Positions 1 to 9,006 are shown, counted from the stretch's first letter. The stretch is 64,000 nucleotides of DNA from Methanobacteriota archaeon (GCA_016845345.1 JAERSV010000029.1:24917-88916), one strand, 5' to 3'. The notes: generated by a model not told the origin, from the sequence alone. Numbers and translations: made by a program.

Positions 1-469
1 TCGCTTTCAATGTCTGATGAAGGAAAACTGGTGGTTTACCTTTGTGTGTCACATATTGTGTTAATGAAGCATAATTACCTACTGTACGATTTGTCATAAA
101 CGGCATTGCTACTAAATTGAAGATTGATAAGAGAGCACCTCCGATAATGAAATATGTTCCGTCAAACATACTTCCCCAGAGACTGATTACAACAATTGGT
201 ACAGCCCAACCGAAAGATACGATAAAATCTACAAGGCTTCGCGCGAATCTAGCCGGTCTCTTGGCAATAACATATTCATCGGGTAGTGTCTTTGCAACCT
301 TTGGTGTAACTTCAATATCATCTAAATCATCTGTTTTCTTTTTAGATGTACGCTTTCGCTTAGTTTTCTTCGCAGCCTTTGCTGCTTTTACTGGCTTAGG
401 CTTGCTCTTTTTTGCAGGCTTTGTCGCTTCTTCATTTTGCATTTGTCCAGCTTTCTCAAGTAATCCCAT
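1..469 (-). CDS. Partial RDD-like membrane protein with Lys-rich N-terminus (runs off the window)
   Basis: Not in the ORF track. Read manually from ATG at 469: MGLLEKAGQMQNEEATKPAKKSKPKPVKAAKAAKK...IAKRPARFARSLVDFIVSFGW...TNRTVGNY. Open to the window edge; RF..LVD followed by TM helices resembles the RDD family. Confidence 0.55.
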   Translation of the reverse strand, partial: MGLLEKAGQMQNEEATKPAKKSKPKPVKAAKAAKKTKRKRTSKKKTDDLDDIEVTPKVAKTLPDEYVIAKRPARFARSLVDFIVSFGWAVPIVVISLWGSMFDGTYFIIGGALLSIFNLVAMPFMTNRTVGNYASLTQYVTHKGKPPVFLHQTLKA

Positions 470-474
470 TAGTA

Positions 475-1473
475 TCACTCTCCATATATCTCACTCATCT
501 CGATGAATAGTTGAAATCCAGGGGTTGCCATAAATTCCTGTAGTTTATCGTCAGGTATAGTTCCCAATTCTTGATTCACCATATTGAAGAATTTTTTACG
601 AGTTGCAGTTGTTGTTGAACTAGCAGCAGCCCCAACTCTCTCAAATAATTTGAAGTTTTTAGATGAAATGAAATCATTGATGAAATCTTCTGGCATATCA
701 CCTAATAAGTTATTCACAACATCGAAGAAGTCACTGAAATTCTGATCTTCGTCTTCATCTTCATCGTCTTCAATTTCTTCTTGGGCATCGTACTCCTCAA
801 GTTCGGAATAATCGATATCGCCTGCAAGTACACCCTTCAACAATTTCCGTTCATCTACCATCGGTTTTAGGAGATTACCAAATTTAGCGATTGCAGCCTG
901 CTTCTTCTTTGATTTTGCAGCATCAAATTTCTTTTTCAGTGGACGCATTTCTGATTCTAATTCAGTAAGGCGTTCTTGAACATCTACCATCTCCTCATCT
1001 TCTTCTCCAGCATCCGAGGAGTCTTCAGGAACCGACAGTAATTCGACAACAGGAGCGGAATCTCTTGTGGTTTCTTTTTCAGATTTTCTCATCACGATTA
1101 TTTCTCTATCTAAATCATGTCCAAATCTGTCAGCATATCGCTCTAGAAGACTACCCACATCACTGGAGCCTAAACGATCAATGTGGCCATACATTTGTTG
1201 TAGGGATTTATCGGTTCTATTTTGCCACATATCAGCATAATTGGGATCCTCTTCCCCCTCTTCAATGACCTCTATGACTTCTACCTCGACCTCTTCGACA
1301 ACAGGTTCCTGGATTTCTGCTGGGAGTGGTTCACTCGGCGGAGTAGGGGCTGGAGGCAGTGGCATAGCCATTTCTGGTGATGGTGGAGGTGGTAAATCCC
1401 CAGGTGGAGGGGGTAAGGTAGGGGAACTTGCTGGCACACTTGCGTCGTTCTTCTTCCTCTTGCGAAACGCCAT
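475..1473 (-). CDS. Hypothetical Pro-rich, acidic, coiled-coil protein with a tandem C-terminal helical repeat
   Basis: Long ORF. GGTGAGG SD precedes ATG at 1473 (MAFRKRKK). Contains poly-Pro and acidic tracts and two similar ~32-aa C-terminal units. Confidence 0.75.
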   Translation of the reverse strand: MAFRKRKKNDASVPASSPTLPPPPGDLPPPPSPEMAMPLPPAPTPPSEPLPAEIQEPVVEEVEVEVIEVIEEGEEDPNYADMWQNRTDKSLQQMYGHIDRLGSSDVGSLLERYADRFGHDLDREIIVMRKSEKETTRDSAPVVELLSVPEDSSDAGEEDEEMVDVQERLTELESEMRPLKKKFDAAKSKKKQAAIAKFGNLLKPMVDERKLLKGVLAGDIDYSELEEYDAQEEIEDDEDEDEDQNFSDFFDVVNNLLGDMPEDFINDFISSKNFKLFERVGAAASSTTTATRKKFFNMVNQELGTIPDDKLQEFMATPGFQLFIEMSEIYGE

Positions 1474-1561
1474 GCCCTCACCCTGTTGATACATGGTGAC
1501 AAACAATCTGCCTTTAACATTGGCTTAATTTGAAAAACTCAGACCACGTAGTTTTACTACG

Positions 1562-2779
1562 TCAAATTGGCTTTGCCCACCCTTTTAGTGTCAAAAATGT
1601 GTCAATATTTGATTCAGCAATTAAAGTATCTCCTAGGCTGAATTCTTTTTCATCGCCACCTAATCTCAAGACACATCTATCAACAACAATTTCCAATTCT
1701 CTAGTTTTATCGTCGAACCTAGGTAATGCCTCATTGAGAGCATCGAATGCATTAGTTTCTTCTGGGTGTAAGCGGTCTAATGGAAGGGTTACAACTTGTA
1801 ATCCACATTTGCCATTTAGACTGTTAGGCCAACGGATTTGCCTTTTGATATCAACTGTAACAGCCTCATCAGTTTCTCCTGCTTTAACCATGATGAGCGA
1901 ACGGTCTCCCTTAACAAGTTCGAGAAATATATGCGCGTATTGGTTTTTAGCCCCGCCTAAGACATTGAAATTACCACTTAGGATAGTTTCTCGACGTTGT
2001 GGGTGTTGAACTTTCTCAGCGAGTGTTTTCATTTTTGCAACCCCACATTTGGAAACTTGACTACTAGGGGATTTTGACCGTACTTCAATTATATCACATA
2101 GTTCCTTTGTCATTTTAGTGCCTTCCGAACCATCTTGAATAGCAATATCTAATTTATTCAAAATATTGATTGTGCCATCCTCCAATCTAGTTTTCCATCC
2201 TCCCTGGCCGCTGTTGTTCCGCAAGGCGCTGACTTCGACACCTTCACCTCTGATGTGATTCACAAGTTCTCTCCTTGCAGAACTATCCAAACCCAAAATA
2301 TGAGGGTCTCTGTAGTGCAGATGGAATCCTCGATGTCCTGAAAAGGTCACATGGAGGTATTCTTCCTTGAAACCAAATTCTGTAGAGAGAAACTCTTCCC
2401 ACAAATCGTGAGTTTGTAATTGAATGATTTCCAGCATTTCGGGGAAATTGAATGGATCGACATGGTCAAGGTGGTCGCCATCTAAATCAAAGATTAAATC
2501 AGCGCCCTTCCAATCTTTATCTGCCATTTTCCTCTCCAATGGTTTGCCATAGTAAGCCGTTGAGTAAAAGCAGCTTTTAGGACCTCTTTGGTGCAAGTAA
2601 TTCAATACATTTTTAGGGGTGTCAAAATTAATGTGACGATCGAATAAATTAGATGACCACATTTGGAACATACATTCCCTTGTCCGCAATCTTGGAGGGA
2701 ACCAGAATTTGCTCTCATCAATTTGAGAATACCACTTTGAAAAGCGGTGAGCAGCGCGGGCCCAATTACTCTCAACCAT
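1562..2779 (-). CDS. priS: DNA primase small (catalytic) subunit
   Basis: AEP motifs: CFYSTAYY..P, ADLIFDLDGD, FSGHRGFHL, DEAVTVDIKRQIRWPNSLNGK. Confidence 0.92.
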   Translation of the reverse strand: MVESNWARAAHRFSKWYSQIDESKFWFPPRLRTRECMFQMWSSNLFDRHINFDTPKNVLNYLHQRGPKSCFYSTAYYGKPLERKMADKDWKGADLIFDLDGDHLDHVDPFNFPEMLEIIQLQTHDLWEEFLSTEFGFKEEYLHVTFSGHRGFHLHYRDPHILGLDSSARRELVNHIRGEGVEVSALRNNSGQGGWKTRLEDGTINILNKLDIAIQDGSEGTKMTKELCDIIEVRSKSPSSQVSKCGVAKMKTLAEKVQHPQRRETILSGNFNVLGGAKNQYAHIFLELVKGDRSLIMVKAGETDEAVTVDIKRQIRWPNSLNGKCGLQVVTLPLDRLHPEETNAFDALNEALPRFDDKTRELEIVVDRCVLRLGGDEKEFSLGDTLIAESNIDTFLTLKGWAKPI

Positions 2780-2824
2780 CTATTTCACAGTACCCTAAAG
2801 CACCACGGCACTTGAACGACGCGA

Positions 2825-3019
2825 TTAGTCCATCGGTAAACCTGGCACGGCTTTCCCATCCGAAGATGGTGTAGTTCCCGTTTCGGACTTATAGCAATCA
2901 AAGCATGAAAATTTGTCGTCAATAGGCAATGATTGCCCAAATGTTAGTCTAGCGCCACAGAAATCACAAATTGGTCCGATTTCTCCCTCATGAATTCCTA
3001 ATCTTGAGACATCTGGCAC
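2825..3019 (-). CDS. Small Zn-finger-like hypothetical protein
   Basis: 64 aa with CDFC...CFDC; fills the gap upstream of priS in the same orientation. Confidence 0.55.
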   Translation of the reverse strand: MPDVSRLGIHEGEIGPICDFCGARLTFGQSLPIDDKFSCFDCYKSETGTTPSSDGKAVPGLPMD

Positions 3020-3135
3020 GTTATCACTTAAACAATCGCGGGGGTGCCAAGTCTTTGAGCCTGTCCATTAATGGATTTAAAATATCAATCAATCCAAGCA
3101 TAAAGTTCACAACCAAATTGCTATCGCGCCAACAC

Positions 3136-3993
3136 ATGAGTAGTGAAGAACGGGTTGTGCGAGTAGGACATTCTCCTGACCCAGATGATGCATTTATGTT
3201 TCATGCATTAACAACAGGGATAATTGACACGCCCGGATTTAAATTTGAGCATGTTCTATTAGATATTGAAACCCTTAACAAAAAAGCAAATGCTGAAGAA
3301 TATGAGGTCAGTGCTGTCAGTATCCACGCATTTCCTGAAATCTCAGATAAATATTCACTGATGAATTGTGGTGCAAGCATGGGTGAAGGGTATGGGCCAA
3401 TGCTCGTTAGTTCTAATCCCATGACTTTGCAAGAGGCTTGTACTAAACCGATTGCAATACCTGGACTAAAGACATCAGCACATTTAGCACTGAAAATGGC
3501 TGTTGGGAATGTTGAGACAGTTATTGTTCCCTTTGACGAAATTATGCCGCGTATTCAGAACGGTGAATTTGCTAGTGGGGTCATCATCCATGAAGGACAG
3601 TTGACTTGGGAATCACATGGAATGAATCTCATATTAGATTTAGGTATTTGGTGGAATGAAAGAACAAATGGCCTACCTCTACCTTTGGGCGGTAATGTAG
3701 TCAGAAAGGATTTAGGTCCAAAATTGTGTGAACAAATTACTGATTGGGTAAAACAAAGCATTGAGATTGCAATACTAAATCCGAATGAAGCATTAGAGTT
3801 TGCAAGGCAATGGGGTAGAGGAATAGACGAAGAAACAAACTCAAAATTTATTCAAATGTATGTCAATTCACGAACTATAGATTTTGGCGATGATGGAAGG
3901 GAAAGCATTGTGAAATTCCTAACTGAAGGTAAAGAAATTGGAATGATTAACAAAGATTTTGACCCGAGTTCAATCGAATTTATTGGTGCGTAA
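3136..3993 (+). CDS. mqnD: 1,4-dihydroxy-6-naphthoate synthase (futalosine pathway)
   Basis: GHSPDPDDAFMF, DIETLN, GASMGEGYGP, IIHEGQLT, LPLPLGG, MYVN. Start moved to ATG 3136. Confidence 0.9.
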   Translation: MSSEERVVRVGHSPDPDDAFMFHALTTGIIDTPGFKFEHVLLDIETLNKKANAEEYEVSAVSIHAFPEISDKYSLMNCGASMGEGYGPMLVSSNPMTLQEACTKPIAIPGLKTSAHLALKMAVGNVETVIVPFDEIMPRIQNGEFASGVIIHEGQLTWESHGMNLILDLGIWWNERTNGLPLPLGGNVVRKDLGPKLCEQITDWVKQSIEIAILNPNEALEFARQWGRGIDEETNSKFIQMYVNSRTIDFGDDGRESIVKFLTEGKEIGMINKDFDPSSIEFIGA

Positions 3994-3995
3994 TT

Positions 3996-4487
3996 ATGTC
4001 AAGTGAAAATAATGATGAGAATAAACCCCAAGACAAAGAATATGATTCAATTGATCCAGCACCGCCTAGCAAAATTAGGTCAATAGATGAATTAAAAACG
4101 GTGCTTTGCAACGAAAATGGCAGAATGTTTCTCCGAATGCGTGCCTTATTTACCCTGAGAAACATTGGTGGACCAGAAGCAATCGATGCTCTTGCCTCTA
4201 GTTTTGGAAGTGCTTCTGTACTTCTAAAGCATGAAGTCGCCTACGTCTTAGGACAGATGCAGGATAGTTATGCCATAGACGCTTTAATTGAGAGGTTGGC
4301 AGACCCAAATGAAGACTCAATTGTTCGTCACGAAGCAGCAGAGGCATTAGGCGCGATCGGGGATACTCGTTCATTGGGAGTGCTAAAACAATATCTAAAT
4401 GATGACTGTGTCGTGGTTTCAGAATCATGTGAAGTTGCACTCGATTTGTTAGAATGGACAAGTAACGACTCGTTAGAATATGAGTGA
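3996..4487 (+). CDS. Half-size deoxyhypusine hydroxylase (DOHH)-like HEAT-repeat protein
   Basis: SIDPAPP, RMRALFTLRNIGG, LLKHEVAYVLGQ, VRHEAAEALGAI and ESCEVALD match the linker plus second half of eukaryotic DOHH. Confidence 0.8.
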   Translation: MSSENNDENKPQDKEYDSIDPAPPSKIRSIDELKTVLCNENGRMFLRMRALFTLRNIGGPEAIDALASSFGSASVLLKHEVAYVLGQMQDSYAIDALIERLADPNEDSIVRHEAAEALGAIGDTRSLGVLKQYLNDDCVVVSESCEVALDLLEWTSNDSLEYE

Positions 4488-4541
4488 ATTTTACACATTC
4501 AATAGGATAATACTTTTGCTGAATCCCTATTAGCAGGGCCG

Positions 4542-6917
4542 ATGAAGAAAAGCCCGGCCGCTTTCTTTGGGATTTTCTTGTGCAGCGCTTTAATGTTCTC
4601 TTCTGTTCCACTTTTGCCCGAAGTTAGTGCTGGGACTGAAGAAAATTACCCCTTTAGCGGCACTCTTCTAAACCCTTATTCCTTATCTGGGTCGTCAGAA
4701 ATAACATATTCAACTGATGGAACTTTAATTGCTGCTGCTTTTAACTCAGATGTTGTAATTATCAACACTCAGTATCGGACATTTATCAAGGATATTAGTA
4801 TTGGAAATAAAATTTTGTCTCTTGCATTTTCTGATGATGATTCTGCATTACTAGTCGGACTAGAAAGCCCATTCATGAGTACATTGGCCATGGCCATATA
4901 TGACACTACAACATGGGAAAGAATAGGGGTTAATGAAGATGGTAGAGAAGTAAGTGATATATCATTACTTCCAAGTACAGCAATTTTCGCTTCAGCGAAT
5001 GAAAATAATGGAGTTTCAGAATATTATATCAATGACTCGACTTATGCAATATCAACTTATGATGACGAACATACTACTGATGTTACCTGTTTGGACCATT
5101 CGCCAAACGGACAACAATTAGTAACTGGGGGGAAAGATGGAAACATCAACCTATGGAATAGAAGTTCTGCACAAGTTGACGTATCTTGGCAGGTTGGATT
5201 CAGTATTACTGATTGTTCAATTTCTCCTGATGGAAACCAATTAGCTTGGATTACCAATTCTCTTTTGCAAGTACGGACAGTTCCAGAAGGTGAATTCATA
5301 ACTACTCTGAACTTAATTGGCGATGCCTTTCAATTAGAGTGGGCTGAAAATGGCCAAGAATTATGGGTATTGGTTGAATCTTCAGCAGATATACTGAGTA
5401 TTTTCAATACTACAGATTATACAACTATTCAGACATTTGAATTGGGTCACCAAGTCACAAAATTTGCAAAATCACCTACGGCCTCTGAGTTTATTGTTAC
5501 AACAAATACAGGTATTCTAACTGTCTTTAGAGAAGATGCTTGGGGACCATACTATGGGTTAGTAGGTTCAGATATTGATGGCGATGGTACGCCCGATATC
5601 TATGATGGCGATGATGATGGTGATGGATTAGGTGATGATTTCGAATTTTCTTGCGAAGAGGGAAATGATTGTCACACCTATCCCGACCCAGATTTAATCA
5701 GGCAGGTTTCGATTACCATCAACAAAAACAAAATTACGATTCAAGATAGATATCAAATGAATTCAAGTATGAGTGCACCGATTCGTGAATTAGCCTCCTC
5801 AGCCGTTGCATCAGATGGATATGTTAGCCAAGGAGAAGCAATAAAAATGGAACGAATGTTCTGTAGTGGAACAAATGCTAATCAAATCAGTTCGGATTGG
5901 AACAAGGCAGTAAAATTTGACCATTCCGCCATCATTGGTACTACTGTCCGCTGTGATGCAAAATTAGGTTTGATAGACACTGAAAAACATGACTCGAGAA
6001 CGCGAATAGAATTACGTTGGTTTATTGAAATTACTTTAGCAAACAACGTCGATAGGCCATTCAACATGACCTTGGACCCTTCAGTATCCCCTCCTTTGCA
6101 CACAGTGGTTCAAAATGTTCCAACTTCACCGTTTACATTGACTTTAATTCACGAAGGGAAAACTGTGCATTATCAAACACCTATTCATGTAAATAGTCCG
6201 CAAATGTCTGTATCCGTACAGGCTTTACCAGAACCTGAGCCAACATTTTTCGATAATTCCCTGTCATGGTTAGAGAATAATTTTCTGATTCCATTAAGTG
6301 TGATCATTGTTTTATCATTGGTAATTGTTTTAGTAATCAGAAGAAAAAATGCATTATTATTCCAATTAGATGAAGATGAAGAAGACACTATTGAAGTTAC
6401 ATCTAGGAGAAGGTCGTCAAATAGAAACCAATCTCGCGATATAATGTCTTCAAGCGGTAGACCACAACCAGTCCAACGCCCTAAAGAAGGCACAAAGCGT
6501 AGGAAACAACCTGCAAAACGCCCGACATCAGAACCAGCAATTAGACGTGTTAGAAAGGTGCCTGGAACTGTCACACAAACGGGGGTTGCTCCGGAAGGAG
6601 AGGAATGGGACTATTCCGAACATGGTGCATACTGGGATAAGGACGACCCTGATTCAGCGGACCCATATAGAGAAGCACAAGAATTTCATGATGCAGAAAG
6701 TGCAATTTTAGAAATCGCTCAAGAAGTTGCATCGGAGCATGAGGAAAATGAGAATCAAGAAAATGACGAACAATTAGACTCTGAAATGGATGATGCGTTA
6801 TCTATGATCAAAAAAACAACAAAGTCGAAAACACGTAAACCCAAGAAAAACCCGGAAGATGTGACAAAGAAGGAAACCAAGAAAAGAAGAAAAGTAAAAC
6901 GTCGTAAATCGGATTAG
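4542..6917 (+). CDS. Secreted, membrane-anchored WD40 beta-propeller protein with Ca-binding DxDxDG repeats
   Basis: Signal peptide; WD-type repeats (VTCLDHSPNGQQLVTGGKDGNINLW); DIDGDGTPDIYDGDDDGDG; one TM near aa 590; charged C-terminal tail. Confidence 0.75.
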   Translation: MKKSPAAFFGIFLCSALMFSSVPLLPEVSAGTEENYPFSGTLLNPYSLSGSSEITYSTDGTLIAAAFNSDVVIINTQYRTFIKDISIGNKILSLAFSDDDSALLVGLESPFMSTLAMAIYDTTTWERIGVNEDGREVSDISLLPSTAIFASANENNGVSEYYINDSTYAISTYDDEHTTDVTCLDHSPNGQQLVTGGKDGNINLWNRSSAQVDVSWQVGFSITDCSISPDGNQLAWITNSLLQVRTVPEGEFITTLNLIGDAFQLEWAENGQELWVLVESSADILSIFNTTDYTTIQTFELGHQVTKFAKSPTASEFIVTTNTGILTVFREDAWGPYYGLVGSDIDGDGTPDIYDGDDDGDGLGDDFEFSCEEGNDCHTYPDPDLIRQVSITINKNKITIQDRYQMNSSMSAPIRELASSAVASDGYVSQGEAIKMERMFCSGTNANQISSDWNKAVKFDHSAIIGTTVRCDAKLGLIDTEKHDSRTRIELRWFIEITLANNVDRPFNMTLDPSVSPPLHTVVQNVPTSPFTLTLIHEGKTVHYQTPIHVNSPQMSVSVQALPEPEPTFFDNSLSWLENNFLIPLSVIIVLSLVIVLVIRRKNALLFQLDEDEEDTIEVTSRRRSSNRNQSRDIMSSSGRPQPVQRPKEGTKRRKQPAKRPTSEPAIRRVRKVPGTVTQTGVAPEGEEWDYSEHGAYWDKDDPDSADPYREAQEFHDAESAILEIAQEVASEHEENENQENDEQLDSEMDDALSMIKKTTKSKTRKPKKNPEDVTKKETKKRRKVKRRKSD

Positions 6918-7708
6918 ATTTCTAACCATTGAATATCTGTGTCAGAACCACACACTTCAGTTAGGAATAATTCTAATCCCTGAACCGAATCATCGCTAAG
7001 GATGTTCGTTACTTCGCTGAAATAATCGGTAATCCTCTCATCTGAAAATCCACTTCTAATTACTGTGTTATGAATAACATCATCTTTTGTTTTCTTGTCA
7101 TCTCTGAACTTCTGTGCATTGTGCAATAAATCATGATGGGCTTGTTTCAATTTATCCACAGGTGCTGAGACAGGTGCGGCAAACACCCCAAAGACCATAG
7201 GTAATTGTGTCTGTTTATACCACTCTTCTCCAAGGTCCATTTTTATTAATTCCGGGTTCCTCTGTGCTTCGTCTAGAGCTCGGTCTCCAATCAACAATGC
7301 GGCATCACATTTGGATAGCATTTCAGATAAATCTGGGCCCATATCAACTGTTTTAGGGTCTAAACCCAATTGAGCCAAGAGGTACAATACCAATTTTTTT
7401 GATGTTGATGAATCAGTTGGTAAGGCTATATCCCTAATTTTATGTAATTCTCTTTTACTGAATAACAACACACTACCAACTGCACCAACTGATGCTATTC
7501 CTATGTCTGGGAGTAATATTAACTCAGAAGAATTTGCTGCGTAATCAGCGGCAGGAATTGGAGCAACAAGACAATCTCTGCGTAGTAAATGACCAGTTAA
7601 CCAAGCAGGTGGGGCAGGTAAAATAGACCAGTGTTGGGACAAATTATGAAATAATGGGTCACAATTCACAAAAGATACCCGTCCGATTATATCAGACCAA
7701 TTAACCAA
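6914..7708 (-). CDS. mqnA: Chorismate dehydratase (futalosine pathway)
   Basis: IGRVSFVNCDPL, GAVGSVLL, SSTS, DAALLIGDRAL, DLGEEW...LPMVFGVF; directly downstream of mqnE. Confidence 0.88.
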   Translation of the reverse strand: MVNWSDIIGRVSFVNCDPLFHNLSQHWSILPAPPAWLTGHLLRRDCLVAPIPAADYAANSSELILLPDIGIASVGAVGSVLLFSKRELHKIRDIALPTDSSTSKKLVLYLLAQLGLDPKTVDMGPDLSEMLSKCDAALLIGDRALDEAQRNPELIKMDLGEEWYKQTQLPMVFGVFAAPVSAPVDKLKQAHHDLLHNAQKFRDDKKTKDDVIHNTVIRSGFSDERITDYFSEVTNILSDDSVQGLELFLTEVCGSDTDIQWLEI

Positions 7709-7722
7709 TACAATCTCCCCCT

Positions 7723-8952
7723 CTAAATAGAAATCATCGGCAATCCATTATTATCCGGTGGGTTTTGTCTACGAAAATTCCTAAATTGTGTATAATCAGT
7801 ATTTCTTTCAACTGCGATTCCACCCACAGACTCAATCAGTGTTGCTAAGTCAATATCAAGGTGGTCTAATGGTGCATCCGACCCTGCTAGATGCATGATT
7901 TCTTCGTGACTAACGGTCCCGTCTATATCATCAGCCCCGCTTAGTAAAGCCAAGGCAGAAATATGGTCCCCTATGTTCATTCTATATGCTTTGATATGAG
8001 GAATGTTGTCTAACATAATTCGAGAGATTGATATCATTCTCAATATTTCATTTGAGGTAGCTAGTTGTGCTTCTGGCAATCTTGAAGCATCAGGTAAATA
8101 TGGGTATGGGACAAAACATTGGAATCCATTTGTTTCATCTTGTAATTTTCGCAACTTATCAAGGTGAATCATTCTGTGAAGTGTTGTTTCAACTGTTCCA
8201 AACAACATAGTGCAATTTGTAGGAATATTGAGTTGGTGAGCAGTCTTGTGAATTTCTATGTACTCATCTGATGATTCTTTGCCTCTGCAAATTATATCTC
8301 TAATTTCATCGACAAGGATTTCTGCGCCGCCGCCAGGAATTGAATTCAATCCGGCATTGTGTAGTCTTGAAATTGTCTCGGAAATTGTTAGATTAGAAAC
8401 CTCTGCAAGATGTTTAATTTCAACTGCTGTCAAAGCCTTGAGGCAAATATTTGGATACTGATTCTTGAATGCTGAAAATAAGCCTTCATAATATTCAATA
8501 TTCCATTCTGGGTGTAATCCCCCAACGGTGTGCACCTCAGTAATTATTTCAGAAAAAGGTGCAATTCTATCTAAGTAATCTTGAACCGATAAGGAATAAG
8601 CATCAGAGGCTTTTAATCCTCTTCGAAATGCACAAAACTTACACGCTAAGACACAAACATTTGTTTGGTTAACATGTAAATTTCTATTATAGAAAACTGA
8701 ATTCCCATATCTGTTTTGTTTTAAAAAATTTGCAACATTCGAAAGTGTAGGAAGGTCACACTTATCATGTAGAATGACCCCTTCCTCAGTAGAAATTCTT
8801 TCACCTGAAAGAACTTTGTTTAGAATCATTCTAATATCTTCATTCAGTGATTCTGGTAATTGAATGAGAGAGGGTAAGGGTTGCTCAATCGCAGACTCAT
8901 TAGAGGGTACATTTATGGTACCCCGCCATTGGAACGGTGACTCTATATGCAT
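7723..8952 (-). CDS. mqnE: Aminofutalosine synthase, CofH/MqnE-family radical SAM enzyme
   Basis: NLHVNQTNVCVLACKFCAF (CxxxCxxC), HTVGGLHP, KALTAVEI, PGGGAEI, HIKAY. These fit MqnE better than MqnC. Confidence 0.8.
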   Translation of the reverse strand: MHIESPFQWRGTINVPSNESAIEQPLPSLIQLPESLNEDIRMILNKVLSGERISTEEGVILHDKCDLPTLSNVANFLKQNRYGNSVFYNRNLHVNQTNVCVLACKFCAFRRGLKASDAYSLSVQDYLDRIAPFSEIITEVHTVGGLHPEWNIEYYEGLFSAFKNQYPNICLKALTAVEIKHLAEVSNLTISETISRLHNAGLNSIPGGGAEILVDEIRDIICRGKESSDEYIEIHKTAHQLNIPTNCTMLFGTVETTLHRMIHLDKLRKLQDETNGFQCFVPYPYLPDASRLPEAQLATSNEILRMISISRIMLDNIPHIKAYRMNIGDHISALALLSGADDIDGTVSHEEIMHLAGSDAPLDHLDIDLATLIESVGGIAVERNTDYTQFRNFRRQNPPDNNGLPMISI

Positions 8953-9006
8953 CTCTCTCAGTTAAGCGCAACAGTCACCTGCTTTAATGGCTGTCAGCAA
9001 CATTGT

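Noticed and set aside
117..506. 129-aa plus-strand ORF
   Set aside because: Antisense shadow of the RDD-like gene on the minus strand.
2971..3135. 55-aa N-terminal extension of mqnD in the ORF track
   Set aside because: It overlaps a divergent gene and promoter region; family similarity begins at MSSEERVVRVGHSPD (3136).
3900..4000. Possibility that the DOHH-like gene is a frameshifted or truncated remnant
   Set aside because: The upstream sequence is intact mqnD, ending 2 nt before the ATG. The ORF has a clean start and stop and retains both His-Glu motifs.
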